Positions 18,701-28,508 of a stretch of 64,000 bases of DNA are shown one piece after another. The stretch's first letter is position 1; the number at the start of each line of letters is the position of its first letter. The stretch is from contig CAZOYV010000004.1 in assembly GCA_964584075.1 (NCBI GenBank), positions 1,131 through 65,130 of the forward strand. Direction: 5' to 3'. Position numbers and translations under genes: made by a program. Source of the stretch: an uncultured Rickettsiales bacterium. Its GTDB lineage: Bacteria; Myxococcota_A; UBA796; UBA9615; CAYRNR01. Under the pieces are notes generated by a model. It made no database searches. It saw only the letters and a list, made by a program, of their open reading frames with translations, and had not been told where the DNA came from.

Positions 18701-19934
18701 GCGCACGCTGGACGACGCCGGCCAGACGCTGGCGCCCGGCCCCGAGGGGCTGCAGGGCGCCGTGGTCGCGCTCGACGTGGCCGACGGCGCCGTGCTCGCC
18801 GCCGCCTCGGTGGGGGGGGACGACCGGGCCGCCGGCGCCTGGCGGCTGGCGTTCACCCACCCGGGCTCGACGTTCAAGATCGTGACGATCCTGACGGCGC
18901 TGGGCTCCGCCGACCCCGACGTGGTCGCGATGCTCGACGGCGACCTCCCCGAGGGGCTCCGCGCCGCTCGCCCCGGCACGCTGCAGGGTGCCGAGCTGGC
19001 CCGGCTGACCCCGAGCGGAGGGCGCTGGTCCGGCGACGACGACGAGCCGATCGCGGTGCGCAGCCCGCTGCGCAACTTCCGCGGCCAGCCGCTCCCCGTC
19101 GGCGCCGATCTGCGCAGGGCGACGGTGCTGTCCTCCAACACCTACTTCGGATACCTCGTGCTGATGCTGCACCGCCCGCTGCGCGAGGGCTGGTCGGGCA
19201 CCGCGATCGCCGATCCCGCGGTGCGGGACGAGCTGATGCCGCTGCTCGCCACCGCCGAGGCGCTGGGCTTCGGCGAGGTCGTCGATCTGGTCCCCGAGGG
19301 GCTGTCCGCCGACGCATCGAGGACCCCCCCGGTGGTGGACCGCGACGGCCGCCCGGTGGCCCCCGGGGACGCGCTCCACGGCTGGACCGGGCGCCTCCCC
19401 GACGGCCCGCTGGACGACGTGGCGATGGCCGCCGCGGGCGTCGGGCAGGGCGAGGTCTACGCCACGCCGCTGCAGGTCGCCAGGGTCGCCGCGACGGTGG
19501 CGCGGGGCGGCGTCCCCGCGGACCCGTACGCGGTGTCCGCGGTCGGCGCCCGCACGCGGCGCGCCCCGCGGCCGCGCGACCCGGTCGTGACGCCCGCGAT
19601 CGCCGCCGAGACCCGCGAGCTGCTGAGCGCCGTCGTGCAGGAGGGCACCGCCGCGGTGGCCTTCGAGGACAACCCGTACCGCGATCGCTGCTGGGGCAAG
19701 ACCGGCTCGGCGGAGCGCCCCGGTCCCGACGGCGGGCACGTCACCGACTCGTGGTTCGTCGTCGTGATCGAGCCGGACGAGGCCGACCTCGGCTCCGAGG
19801 ACCGGCGCCACCACCCCGTGGCGGTCGCCTGCGTGATGCCCGGCGCCGGCCTGGGCGGGACCCACGCCGCGGAGGTCGTCGATCGCTGGGTGCGGGTGCT
19901 GGCCCGGACGCGCGGCTGGACCGCGGACGAGTAG
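15747..19934 (+). CDS. giant (1395 aa) membrane protein with C-terminal class-B penicillin-binding-protein transpeptidase domain
   Basis: SxxK (GSTFK), SxN (LSSNTY) and KTG (GKTGSAE) motifs in the last ~400 aa. N-terminal TM then FHA-like end motif (RDGDRFTVAGTEVTF). About 900 aa of unassigned sequence. GTG start with GGAGG 7 nt upstream. Overlaps the previous gene by 20 nt. Confidence 0.75.
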   Translation: MASGRPEPRARWLARAQRMLVLAGVVAVAALGLRLGQVRRAASEQARMALVAVPVDDLGGGFVVRPTRRGYRLRHGEGGATALRDGDRFTVAGTEVTFHGPDRGRPGDDQVWSVVLSTPLRVLAARETDRGPRGGYRRIDIGGDPAGAASGTRDRIFVDPEAVADALDGPAREAFERTRGVAHLLPAEGEVFRLEQRSFRVVAEIEGLERVRGGEREALAVGAATELWSGDRVVGPGLDLRFDVEERLRSAPVRDRAGAVVAQRAIAEPALVVRAPAPAPRDARPRAYLSGADRDGEPFVLALAPDRPTLLYGARDRLRPLDGHVIPRTWTDEARIEAFDAAVAARAITLRRGFLHVAGPDDPAAAHLAALDPTVVRALRDEVERYNRGQVPATVQVSGTLGDDALDRPAGWTMRIDGEPRTLAGLSPGERGLQLPPPGDLDPAALPAGARREWTLHRAVVAAEPGVARVEVASGLPVAVTLDGELLGHVRGEPLAVERPLEAGAHELILTVRYQGRPDDHGTAAGVRAELDGARLVDAHAGRTRFAGWTERADGGRLWGPAEADASGALWLAGGAPLGRDDEAYLQLRFDAPRAGPSILRLETAGELADAHLNGAALPADALPFLPGESAALAVPLRRGSNLLALRVRQPTALPDEPRGGVRLRAVDGTLVGLAPDAGHRSMADPDREDGGPALVTRRPAGEGVRLVVARGIPGLPEGTEWWVGPAAGVPAALLLAPAEAPVGGEVLALEEGLTVRCDSAGDAPFTVVNRSPHDAALFRQLDPMRRPYQPFGGFLVRAGWRQPLRHDRDAVRGSSAQATYRVGAPTAVAAAVTLARADGLHCLRVDGDSRLLVPPDLDAADHLQLGLRDGAPVLEAAAPGTTVFRDGVVRHEVGGAGDLPLGLASGDALSLPGTGLLLVVDDELDVVTAGAPLEASLGPVAGAARRLTAAHRARRDGDRVELTVEPLLQLAAEDELEAQLERAERTLDDAGQTLAPGPEGLQGAVVALDVADGAVLAAASVGGDDRAAGAWRLAFTHPGSTFKIVTILTALGSADPDVVAMLDGDLPEGLRAARPGTLQGAELARLTPSGGRWSGDDDEPIAVRSPLRNFRGQPLPVGADLRRATVLSSNTYFGYLVLMLHRPLREGWSGTAIADPAVRDELMPLLATAEALGFGEVVDLVPEGLSADASRTPPVVDRDGRPVAPGDALHGWTGRLPDGPLDDVAMAAAGVGQGEVYATPLQVARVAATVARGGVPADPYAVSAVGARTRRAPRPRDPVVTPAIAAETRELLSAVVQEGTAAVAFEDNPYRDRCWGKTGSAERPGPDGGHVTDSWFVVVIEPDEADLGSEDRRHHPVAVACVMPGAGLGGTHAAEVVDRWVRVLARTRGWTADE

Positions 19935-19937
19935 CGC

Positions 19938-22325
19938 TCAGCGCCGCTTGCCGCCCCCGCGGCGGGGCGGGGGCGGGAGCTCCTCGAGGACCTCGCCCTC
20001 GGGGATCGGCGTGGCCGCCTCCCGGTCCTCCCCGGCGGCCGGCTCGTCCCGGTCGGCGGCGACCTCGCCGGGGTCGATGCCGTCCGCGGGCTCCTCGGTC
20101 TGCTTGAACTTGCCCCGCGGGGTGTCGGCCTCGACCGGTACCCTGAGCGGCGTCGCGACCGGCGCCGGCGTCGGTGGCGGGGGCTCCTCCTCGGTGACCG
20201 TGTCGCCGAGGGAGGGGATCTTCTCCTCGACGAAGCGCGGCAGCTCCGGACGATCCTGGAACGAGCGGAACGGCGTGATCTCGTACTCGGGCTCCCACAT
20301 CCGCGGCGCACCGGGGCGCCGCGAGAGCAGCCCGCTGCGGGCGCCGGCCCGGTCCCGCGCCTCGCGGCTGCCGACCCGGCCGCGGTGGTCCTCGAAGCCG
20401 TGGTCGATCACCACGCCGGGGCTGGGCGTCGGGGCCTCGGCCAGTGGCCCGGCCCCTCCCTCGGGGGGCGGCCCCGCGCCCCCGTCGTCCGCGGTCGCGA
20501 CCGGCGTGCCGCGGTCCGGCGGCGCGCCGTCGGCCGCGGCCGGCGTACCACCCCCGTCACCCCCGCGGGTCCCGGCGGACCCGTCTGGCTCGACGGCGTC
20601 CTCCGCCACACCATCCGGTCCGGCGGCACCGTCCGGACCGTCGCCGCCGTCCGGCCCGTCGCCCCCGAGCAGCCCGCCGATCCCGTCCGTCAGCGCCACC
20701 CGCGGCCCGGGGGAGGCCAGCACCAGCGCCGCTCCGCCGGCGACCAGGAGCAGCGCCGCGGCCCACAGCCCGGCGCTGCTGCGCCGCCGGGGGAACGGCT
20801 CGTCGTCGCGCTCGGCGAGGGGCACGATCACCGGCTCGCGGGAGGGCGTCGCGCCCGCGTCCACCGGGGCCGCGGTCGTCGGGGCCGCCTCCGGGGTCGA
20901 CGCGAGCGGCTCCGGAGCGGCCGCCGGCGCGGTGCCCGCGGCGCCGCCGAGGACCTCCACCGCGGCGATGCTCATCATCTCCTCGGGCACCGCCGTCGGG
21001 TTGGCGACGCCCTCGTCCTCGCCGCGCGGCCACGGCACCTCCGGCGCGCCCCGGTCCGGGGGGGCGATCGGAGCCGCGTCCGGCAGCGCCTGCGCGGCCG
21101 CGGGGTCGTGGGGCGTCGGATCGACGATCGACCGCGGGTCCGCCATCTCCAGCGTGTCCGGGGCCGGTGGCTCCTCGCCGGTGGGATCGCTGAGCCGCAG
21201 CGGTGCCGGGCGCTCGTCGTCCGGCGGCAGCAGCAGCTCGTCCTTCTTGCCGGGCCGCTCGAACGCCGCTGCCGGCGCCAGCGCGGGCAGCGGCGGCAGG
21301 GGCTGGCCCTTCTTGGGCGCCGAGTCCCCGGCCTCGATCAGCTCCTCGCAGTACGCGGCCACGGTCTCCGCGTCGGGGCGCGCCTCGGGCGAGCGCGTGA
21401 TCAGCTGATCGACCAGCTCGTCCAGCAGCGGCAGGTGGGGCTCGTACCCCTCCCCGGCGCTGAGCGGGACCCGCTCGTAGCGCGTCGCGCCCGAGCGCAG
21501 CGCCTGGAAGTCGACCGCGCCGCGCGCCACCAGATCGCGCACCGGCTGGCCGCCGGCGAGGGTGTGCATCAGCACGCCGAGCCCGAAGATGTCGGTGGGC
21601 GGGCCGACCGTCGCCTCGCCGCGGAGCTGCTCCGGGGAGGCGAACTCGGGCGTCCCGACGAACCCGCCCTGGATCGTGACGTGGCGGCGGGGGATGAACT
21701 CGGGCTGGGCGCGCGCGATGCCCCAGTCGGCGACCCGGATCCGGATCGGGAACTCCTCGGGGTTGCGCACCAGGATGTTGGACGGCTTCAGATCGCGGTG
21801 GGTCACGCCGATGGCGTGCGCCGCGGCCAGCGCGCGGGCGATCTGGGTTCCGACCTGCAGCACCGTGCGCGACGCCAGCCGCCCGTGCTTGCGCAGCAGC
21901 TCGTCGAGCCCCCCGCCCGGGACGAACTCCGTGGCCAGGAAGTAGGGCTCCTCGCCGTCGACCTTGAGCTCGCGGAACGGCACGACGTTGGGGTGCTCGA
22001 GGCGGCGCAGCACCTCGCCCTCGAGCCGCAGCCGGTCCTGGAGCATCCCCTGGCCGCGGTCGAGGTGCAGGATCTTGATCGCCACGTCGCGGTGCTCGGG
22101 ATCGTCGGCGGCCAGATCGATGGCGCGGTAGGTGACCCCGGCCCCGCCGGCGCCCAGCCGCTGGCGGATGCGGAAGCGCCCGTCGATGTTCTCGCCGGCC
22201 TCGTAGAAGAACGGCCAGCCGCTGGTGGGCCGGGACTTGCCGCACGACAGCCGCGGACAGAGATCCGCGTCCGACTCGATGTAGCGCAGGCAGTAGCTGC
22301 AGTAGTGCTGTCGCGGTCCGGGCAC
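19938..22325 (-). CDS. Ser/Thr protein kinase with N-terminal zinc-ribbon, Pro-rich linker, one TM and acidic C-terminal region
   Basis: Hanks kinase motifs GAGGAGVTYRA, VAIK, HRDLKPSNIL, DWG, SPE. CxxC...CxxC at the N-terminus. GTG start with GGAGG 12 nt upstream. Convergent with the PBP-like gene (3-nt gap). Confidence 0.85.
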   Translation of the reverse strand: MPGPRQHYCSYCLRYIESDADLCPRLSCGKSRPTSGWPFFYEAGENIDGRFRIRQRLGAGGAGVTYRAIDLAADDPEHRDVAIKILHLDRGQGMLQDRLRLEGEVLRRLEHPNVVPFRELKVDGEEPYFLATEFVPGGGLDELLRKHGRLASRTVLQVGTQIARALAAAHAIGVTHRDLKPSNILVRNPEEFPIRIRVADWGIARAQPEFIPRRHVTIQGGFVGTPEFASPEQLRGEATVGPPTDIFGLGVLMHTLAGGQPVRDLVARGAVDFQALRSGATRYERVPLSAGEGYEPHLPLLDELVDQLITRSPEARPDAETVAAYCEELIEAGDSAPKKGQPLPPLPALAPAAAFERPGKKDELLLPPDDERPAPLRLSDPTGEEPPAPDTLEMADPRSIVDPTPHDPAAAQALPDAAPIAPPDRGAPEVPWPRGEDEGVANPTAVPEEMMSIAAVEVLGGAAGTAPAAAPEPLASTPEAAPTTAAPVDAGATPSREPVIVPLAERDDEPFPRRRSSAGLWAAALLLVAGGAALVLASPGPRVALTDGIGGLLGGDGPDGGDGPDGAAGPDGVAEDAVEPDGSAGTRGGDGGGTPAAADGAPPDRGTPVATADDGGAGPPPEGGAGPLAEAPTPSPGVVIDHGFEDHRGRVGSREARDRAGARSGLLSRRPGAPRMWEPEYEITPFRSFQDRPELPRFVEEKIPSLGDTVTEEEPPPPTPAPVATPLRVPVEADTPRGKFKQTEEPADGIDPGEVAADRDEPAAGEDREAATPIPEGEVLEELPPPPRRGGGKRR

Positions 22326-22453
22326 CGGTCCGGCCTCCGCAGAGCGACACCGCCCCCCGTGGGCGGGCCCACCCCGCTGACCTGCAAGACGCCCCGGGGC
22401 GTCGAACTATTCGATCAGACCAGATTCCGGAGCAGAAGGGGAGTTCGGGTGGA

Positions 22454-22633
22454 CTACTCGCCGCCCTTGCGCTGCTCGAGCTCCCGCAGGAACGCGGTGG
22501 TGGTGCCCTCGTACTTGCGCAGCTCGCGGCGCTCCTTGAGGGTCAGCTCGGCGAGCCGCGTCTTCATCGCGCGGCGGGCCTCGCGCTTGGCGGCCTTGCG
22601 GCCCGGACGGTCCAGGTTCTTGGTGTTGGCCAT
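22454..22633 (-). CDS. small basic protein (59 aa, MANTKNLDRPGRKAAKREARRAMKTRLAELTLKERRELRKYEGTTTAFLRELEQRKGGE)
   Basis: Not in the ORF track (<60 aa). ATG with GGAGA 9 nt upstream. Lys/Arg-rich helical composition unlike the surrounding shadow frames. No family assigned. Confidence 0.4.
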   Translation of the reverse strand: MANTKNLDRPGRKAAKREARRAMKTRLAELTLKERRELRKYEGTTTAFLRELEQRKGGE

Positions 22634-22814
22634 GGTCCCAGGTCTCCAGCTCCGGCGGCGTCGGCGGTACCGGTCGCGCCTCTGCCGCGGGGCCGACGGA
22701 TGGTAGGAGCGCGCGCCACGACTGTCAAGGCTCGCGGTGGTCGCGGTGGATGCGGCGCTTGGCGGGGCGGGGCCATCATTGGTATTTTCAGGGAGATCAC
22801 GTCAGGGAGCGACC

Positions 22815-23936
22815 GTGGCGAAGAAGCCCCGAACCGGAGGGGGGGGGGATTCGAGCAACGCTCCGGGCAAGCCCTCGTCCCGCCGTGCCCCCGAGGCGAA
22901 GGCGCGGAGACAGGCGCCTGCGCCCCCGCCGATCCGCGATCTCGATCAGCTCGAGATCGAGGAGGCCCACGCCAGCGGGGAGCACCTCACCGACCTCGTG
23001 CTCGACCCCGACGACGAGCTGACCCAGTGGCAGAACGACCCCAGGCTGGCCCCGGTGCACAAGGTCGAGGAGCCCGACGACTCGCTGTCCGACAACGGCG
23101 AGGACTCCCTCGAGCTCGAGGACGGCGGCGCGATCGACATCGCGGGCGACGCGTTCCCGGCCGCGCCCGAGCGGCCCGAGTGGTCCGAGGAGCACGACGC
23201 CCCCCCCGGACCGCCCGCCGGCGGGATGCCCCAGCTGCCGCTGGTCAATCCGTTCACCTCGAGCACGGCCCGCGATCAGGCGCAGGGCTCCTCCGGCGAC
23301 ACCCTCTCGTCCGACGACGACGATCCGGACGGGCGCCCGGCGTCGTCGCTGGTCACCACCGACGACGATCTCGACCTCGACGGCGAGGACGAGCTCGCCC
23401 TGCCCCGCGCCGAGCTCGACCCGGACGACCGGGCGACGCCGATGGACCTGGTCCACGTCTCGATCGACCCGGACGCCGCGGACGGGGTCTCCCTCGACGA
23501 GGAGATGGAGACCGACGTCCTGGAGCTGACCCCGATGGGGGGCAGCTTCGACGAGCTCGAGCGCCTCGAGGCCGAGGTCGAGCGGCTGGAGGAGGAGGAC
23601 CGCCTCGACGAGGCGCTGTCCGCGCTGCGCCGGCTCCAGAACCTGCTGCCCGACGACGGCGATCTGGCCTACCGCTACGAGGACCTCCAGGATCGCGTGA
23701 TCCAGTCCTACTTCCCGGGCAAGGACCGCAACTCGGTGGTCATCCTGGCCGTGACCCCGGCCGAGCTGCCGGAGCTGGTCAAGGACGCCGAGGCCGAGCT
23801 CGGGGCGATCCTCGGCCGGATGGACGGGGCCACGTCACTCGGGGAGATCGACGCCGCCCTCGGCGACCTGGAGCCGGGCACGCTCTACCGGCTGCTGTCG
23901 CGGGCCAAGGGCAAGGGCCTGATCCGCCTCGAGTAG
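22815..23936 (+). CDS. acidic hypothetical protein (Asp/Glu-rich middle, ordered C-terminal domain)
   Basis: GTG 22815 preceded by AGGGAG. The last ~120 aa look globular (SVVILAVTPAELPELVKDAEAELGAILGRMDG...LYRLLSRAKGKGLIRLE). Confidence 0.5.
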   Translation: MAKKPRTGGGGDSSNAPGKPSSRRAPEAKARRQAPAPPPIRDLDQLEIEEAHASGEHLTDLVLDPDDELTQWQNDPRLAPVHKVEEPDDSLSDNGEDSLELEDGGAIDIAGDAFPAAPERPEWSEEHDAPPGPPAGGMPQLPLVNPFTSSTARDQAQGSSGDTLSSDDDDPDGRPASSLVTTDDDLDLDGEDELALPRAELDPDDRATPMDLVHVSIDPDAADGVSLDEEMETDVLELTPMGGSFDELERLEAEVERLEEEDRLDEALSALRRLQNLLPDDGDLAYRYEDLQDRVIQSYFPGKDRNSVVILAVTPAELPELVKDAEAELGAILGRMDGATSLGEIDAALGDLEPGTLYRLLSRAKGKGLIRLE

Positions 23937-23942
23937 CGGCCG

Positions 23943-25616
23943 TCACGGGCAGCTCGTCAGCTCCCCCGGCGTGCCGCGATCGACGTGGCCCTGCAGCGTG
24001 CAGCTCCAGCCGTCGGGCGGCGCCGCGCACCAGCGCGACGGGTCGTCGTTGCCGTCGGCGTCGACGGCGCCGGCGTCCAGTCCCAGCGACCAGCCCTTGT
24101 CCAGGTCCCAGCCGGTCCAGTCGAACCACACCTCGTCCACGGTGACCCAGCCCTCCGCCGCGGGGCACACCAGCGCGCAGCGGTCGGGCTCCCCGTTGTT
24201 GAACGTCACCGAGCCGCCGTACTGGCCGTGGACCTCGATCGCGCAGCTCGGATCGAACGAGCCGCGGGACAGCACCGCGATCCCGCCGGGGAGCAGCGGG
24301 CCCTCCGCCGTCAGCGCCGCGGCGTGTCCGTCGTCCTCGATCCGGCAGCCGTCCAGCGACAGCTCGCGCGGGGAGACGTTGACCACCTCGAGCCACTCGG
24401 GGAACAGCGTCCCCTGGGACGGCGCGATCATCAGCTCGCTGATCACCAGCTCGCCGGCGGCCGGCGCGTCGGCGGCCGGCTCGCCGGCGCCGCACGGGGG
24501 GTTGGGCCACCCCGGGGTCCCGAACTCCACCACCTCGCCGTCCTCGAAGAACGGCTCCTCGGCCAGGCACCACCCCCCGTCGCCGCCCGGGTCCCGGGAC
24601 AGCGCCCGGCCCCGCTCGCCGCCGCTGGCGGCCCAGTCGTAGGCGACGCGCTCGATCTCCTGATCCCCGCACGAGAGCCACAGCTCCTCGGCGACGTCGT
24701 TGTTGAACGTCAGGCTCGAGTAGGCGTAGTCGGCCACCACGCCCCCCGGGGTCAGCTCGGGCGAGGACGCCGCGAGCAGCAGCGTCGCGCCGGGATCGAG
24801 CACCGTGCCCCCGCGCGCCGGATCGAGGACGTGCTCGTGGGGCGCGCCGTCCCCGCCCTCGGCCAGCGTGCAGCCCGCGAGATCGAGCACCACGCCGGCC
24901 TCGCTGGTCAGCTCCAGCCACTCGCGTCCGACCCACGGCGCGACCATGAGCTCGGTGATCCGCAGGTCGCCCGGGCGGGGCACCTCGCCGGCGGCCTCGG
25001 GGCAGGCGTTGGCCTCCCCCGGCGTCCCGTACTGGGGTTCCTCGCCGAACGGCGCGTCGATCCCGGCGACGCACCAGCGCGCGGGATCGTCGTCCAGCGC
25101 GCCACCGAGCGGCTGCGCCAGCATCCACGAGTGGCCCCGCGGGGCCGGGGCGAGCGCGCCGATCACGACGTCGTCGACGAGCTGCAGCGCGCCGTCCTCC
25201 CCGGGGCAGTGGACGCGGAGCACCTCGTCCGGGTCGTCCTCGGCCAGCACCAGCGCGTCCTCGCCGAGCTCCACGAGCGCCGGCAGCGAGAGCCCCAGCG
25301 CCGCCTCGGCGACGACGAGCCGCTCCCCGGGCTGCAGCCAGGTCTCGGGGGGCAGGTAGGCCACGTGCCCGGCGGTCCCGCCGTCGGACAGGGTGCAGCC
25401 GGCGAGCGCCAGCCGGCCCTCGCCGAGGTGGGCCAGCTCGACCCACTCCGGCTGGCCCGGGAGCGGATCGGCCATCACCTCGACGACGGCGACCTCGCCG
25501 GGGCCCGGCGGCCGGGCCGGGGCGTCGACCTGGACGCCGGAGCAGGCCGGGGCCCGCAGCAGCAGGAACGCGAGGGCGAGGCCCACGCAGTAGGCGGAGA
25601 ACAGGAGCTTGCGCAT
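23943..25616 (-). CDS. lipoprotein with three lamin-tail-domain (LTD) repeats
   Basis: Signal peptide MRKLLFSAYCVGLALAFLLLRAPACSG. Three repeats of the LTD pattern (ELM/VMA-P..G..EW(V/L)E(L/V)...L.L.GC.L.D). Confidence 0.7.
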   Translation of the reverse strand: MRKLLFSAYCVGLALAFLLLRAPACSGVQVDAPARPPGPGEVAVVEVMADPLPGQPEWVELAHLGEGRLALAGCTLSDGGTAGHVAYLPPETWLQPGERLVVAEAALGLSLPALVELGEDALVLAEDDPDEVLRVHCPGEDGALQLVDDVVIGALAPAPRGHSWMLAQPLGGALDDDPARWCVAGIDAPFGEEPQYGTPGEANACPEAAGEVPRPGDLRITELMVAPWVGREWLELTSEAGVVLDLAGCTLAEGGDGAPHEHVLDPARGGTVLDPGATLLLAASSPELTPGGVVADYAYSSLTFNNDVAEELWLSCGDQEIERVAYDWAASGGERGRALSRDPGGDGGWCLAEEPFFEDGEVVEFGTPGWPNPPCGAGEPAADAPAAGELVISELMIAPSQGTLFPEWLEVVNVSPRELSLDGCRIEDDGHAAALTAEGPLLPGGIAVLSRGSFDPSCAIEVHGQYGGSVTFNNGEPDRCALVCPAAEGWVTVDEVWFDWTGWDLDKGWSLGLDAGAVDADGNDDPSRWCAAPPDGWSCTLQGHVDRGTPGELTSCP

Positions 25617-25763
25617 CGAAGGGAGCCGTTCCGGGGGGAGCCAGGCGCCGGCCCCGTACCGATAGTCATCCCTCGCCCGCTGGCAACCCCGACGCCCGTT
25701 GGCGGTTGACACCCCGGGGCGCCTCGGGTATCGATCCCCCGCTTCGCAGCCCGGTTCTTTCTC

Positions 25764-26264
25764 ATGACGAACCGCGACGACCAGCGCTGGATGCTCGAGG
25801 CCCTCGCCGAGGCGCGGGCGGCCGGGGCCGACGGCGAGGTCCCGGTGGGCGCCGTGCTCGTGGCCGACGGCCGCGTGGTGTCCCGGGGCCGCAACCGCCG
25901 CGAGCGCACGGGGGATCCGACGGCGCACGCCGAGATGGAGGCCCTGCGCGGGGCGGTGGACCCGGCCTCGCCGGGGCGCTGGCGCCAGCTGGGGGCGACG
26001 ATGTACGTCACCCTCGAGCCGTGCGCGATGTGCATGGGCGCGCTGATCCTGGCGCGCGTGGAGCGGCTGGTCTACGGCTGCCCGGACCCCAAGGGGGGCG
26101 CCGCCGAGACGCTGTACCGGCTCGGCGACGACGAGCGCCTGAACCACCGCGTCGCGGTCACGGGAGGAGTCCTGGCGGAGGAGTCGGCGGACCTGCTACG
26201 CTCCTTCTTCAAGCGACTCCGGGCGCGCCGCGGCGGCGGCGGACCCGGGGCCCAGGGCAGCTGA
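25764..26264 (+). CDS. tadA: tRNA-specific adenosine deaminase
   Basis: CDA zinc motifs HAEMEAL and TLEPCAMC. Size and layout typical of TadA. Confidence 0.9.
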   Translation: MTNRDDQRWMLEALAEARAAGADGEVPVGAVLVADGRVVSRGRNRRERTGDPTAHAEMEALRGAVDPASPGRWRQLGATMYVTLEPCAMCMGALILARVERLVYGCPDPKGGAAETLYRLGDDERLNHRVAVTGGVLAEESADLLRSFFKRLRARRGGGGPGAQGS

Positions 26265-26273
26265 AGCAAGCGC

Positions 26274-26363
<90 letters not shown>

Positions 26364-26413
26364 TTGACAATTCGCGATCGCGAGGGGACAGTCCGCAAGG
26401 CGTCCGCGCCCCT

Positions 26414-26501
<88 letters not shown>

Positions 26502-26522
26502 CGATCCCCCCCCGCGGGTAGG

Positions 26523-26628
26523 CGGGATGGCTGGGTCCCGGGAGACCGGAGCCGGTGAACTCCGCCAGGTCCGGAAGGAAGCAACGGTAGCTGGTCCTCC
26601 GGGGCTTCCGGTCCAACCCAGCCATCCC
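26523..26628 (+). ncRNA. ffs: signal recognition particle RNA (4.5S / small SRP RNA)
   Basis: Long hairpin whose ends pair (GGATGGCTGGGT...ACCCAGCCATCC). It contains the conserved SRP domain IV motif CCAGGTCCGGAAGGAAGCA. Sits immediately upstream of dnaX, as in many bacteria. Confidence 0.7.
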
Positions 26629-26648
26629 TCGTACCCACGGGTGCTCCG

Positions 26649-28508
<1,860 letters not shown>

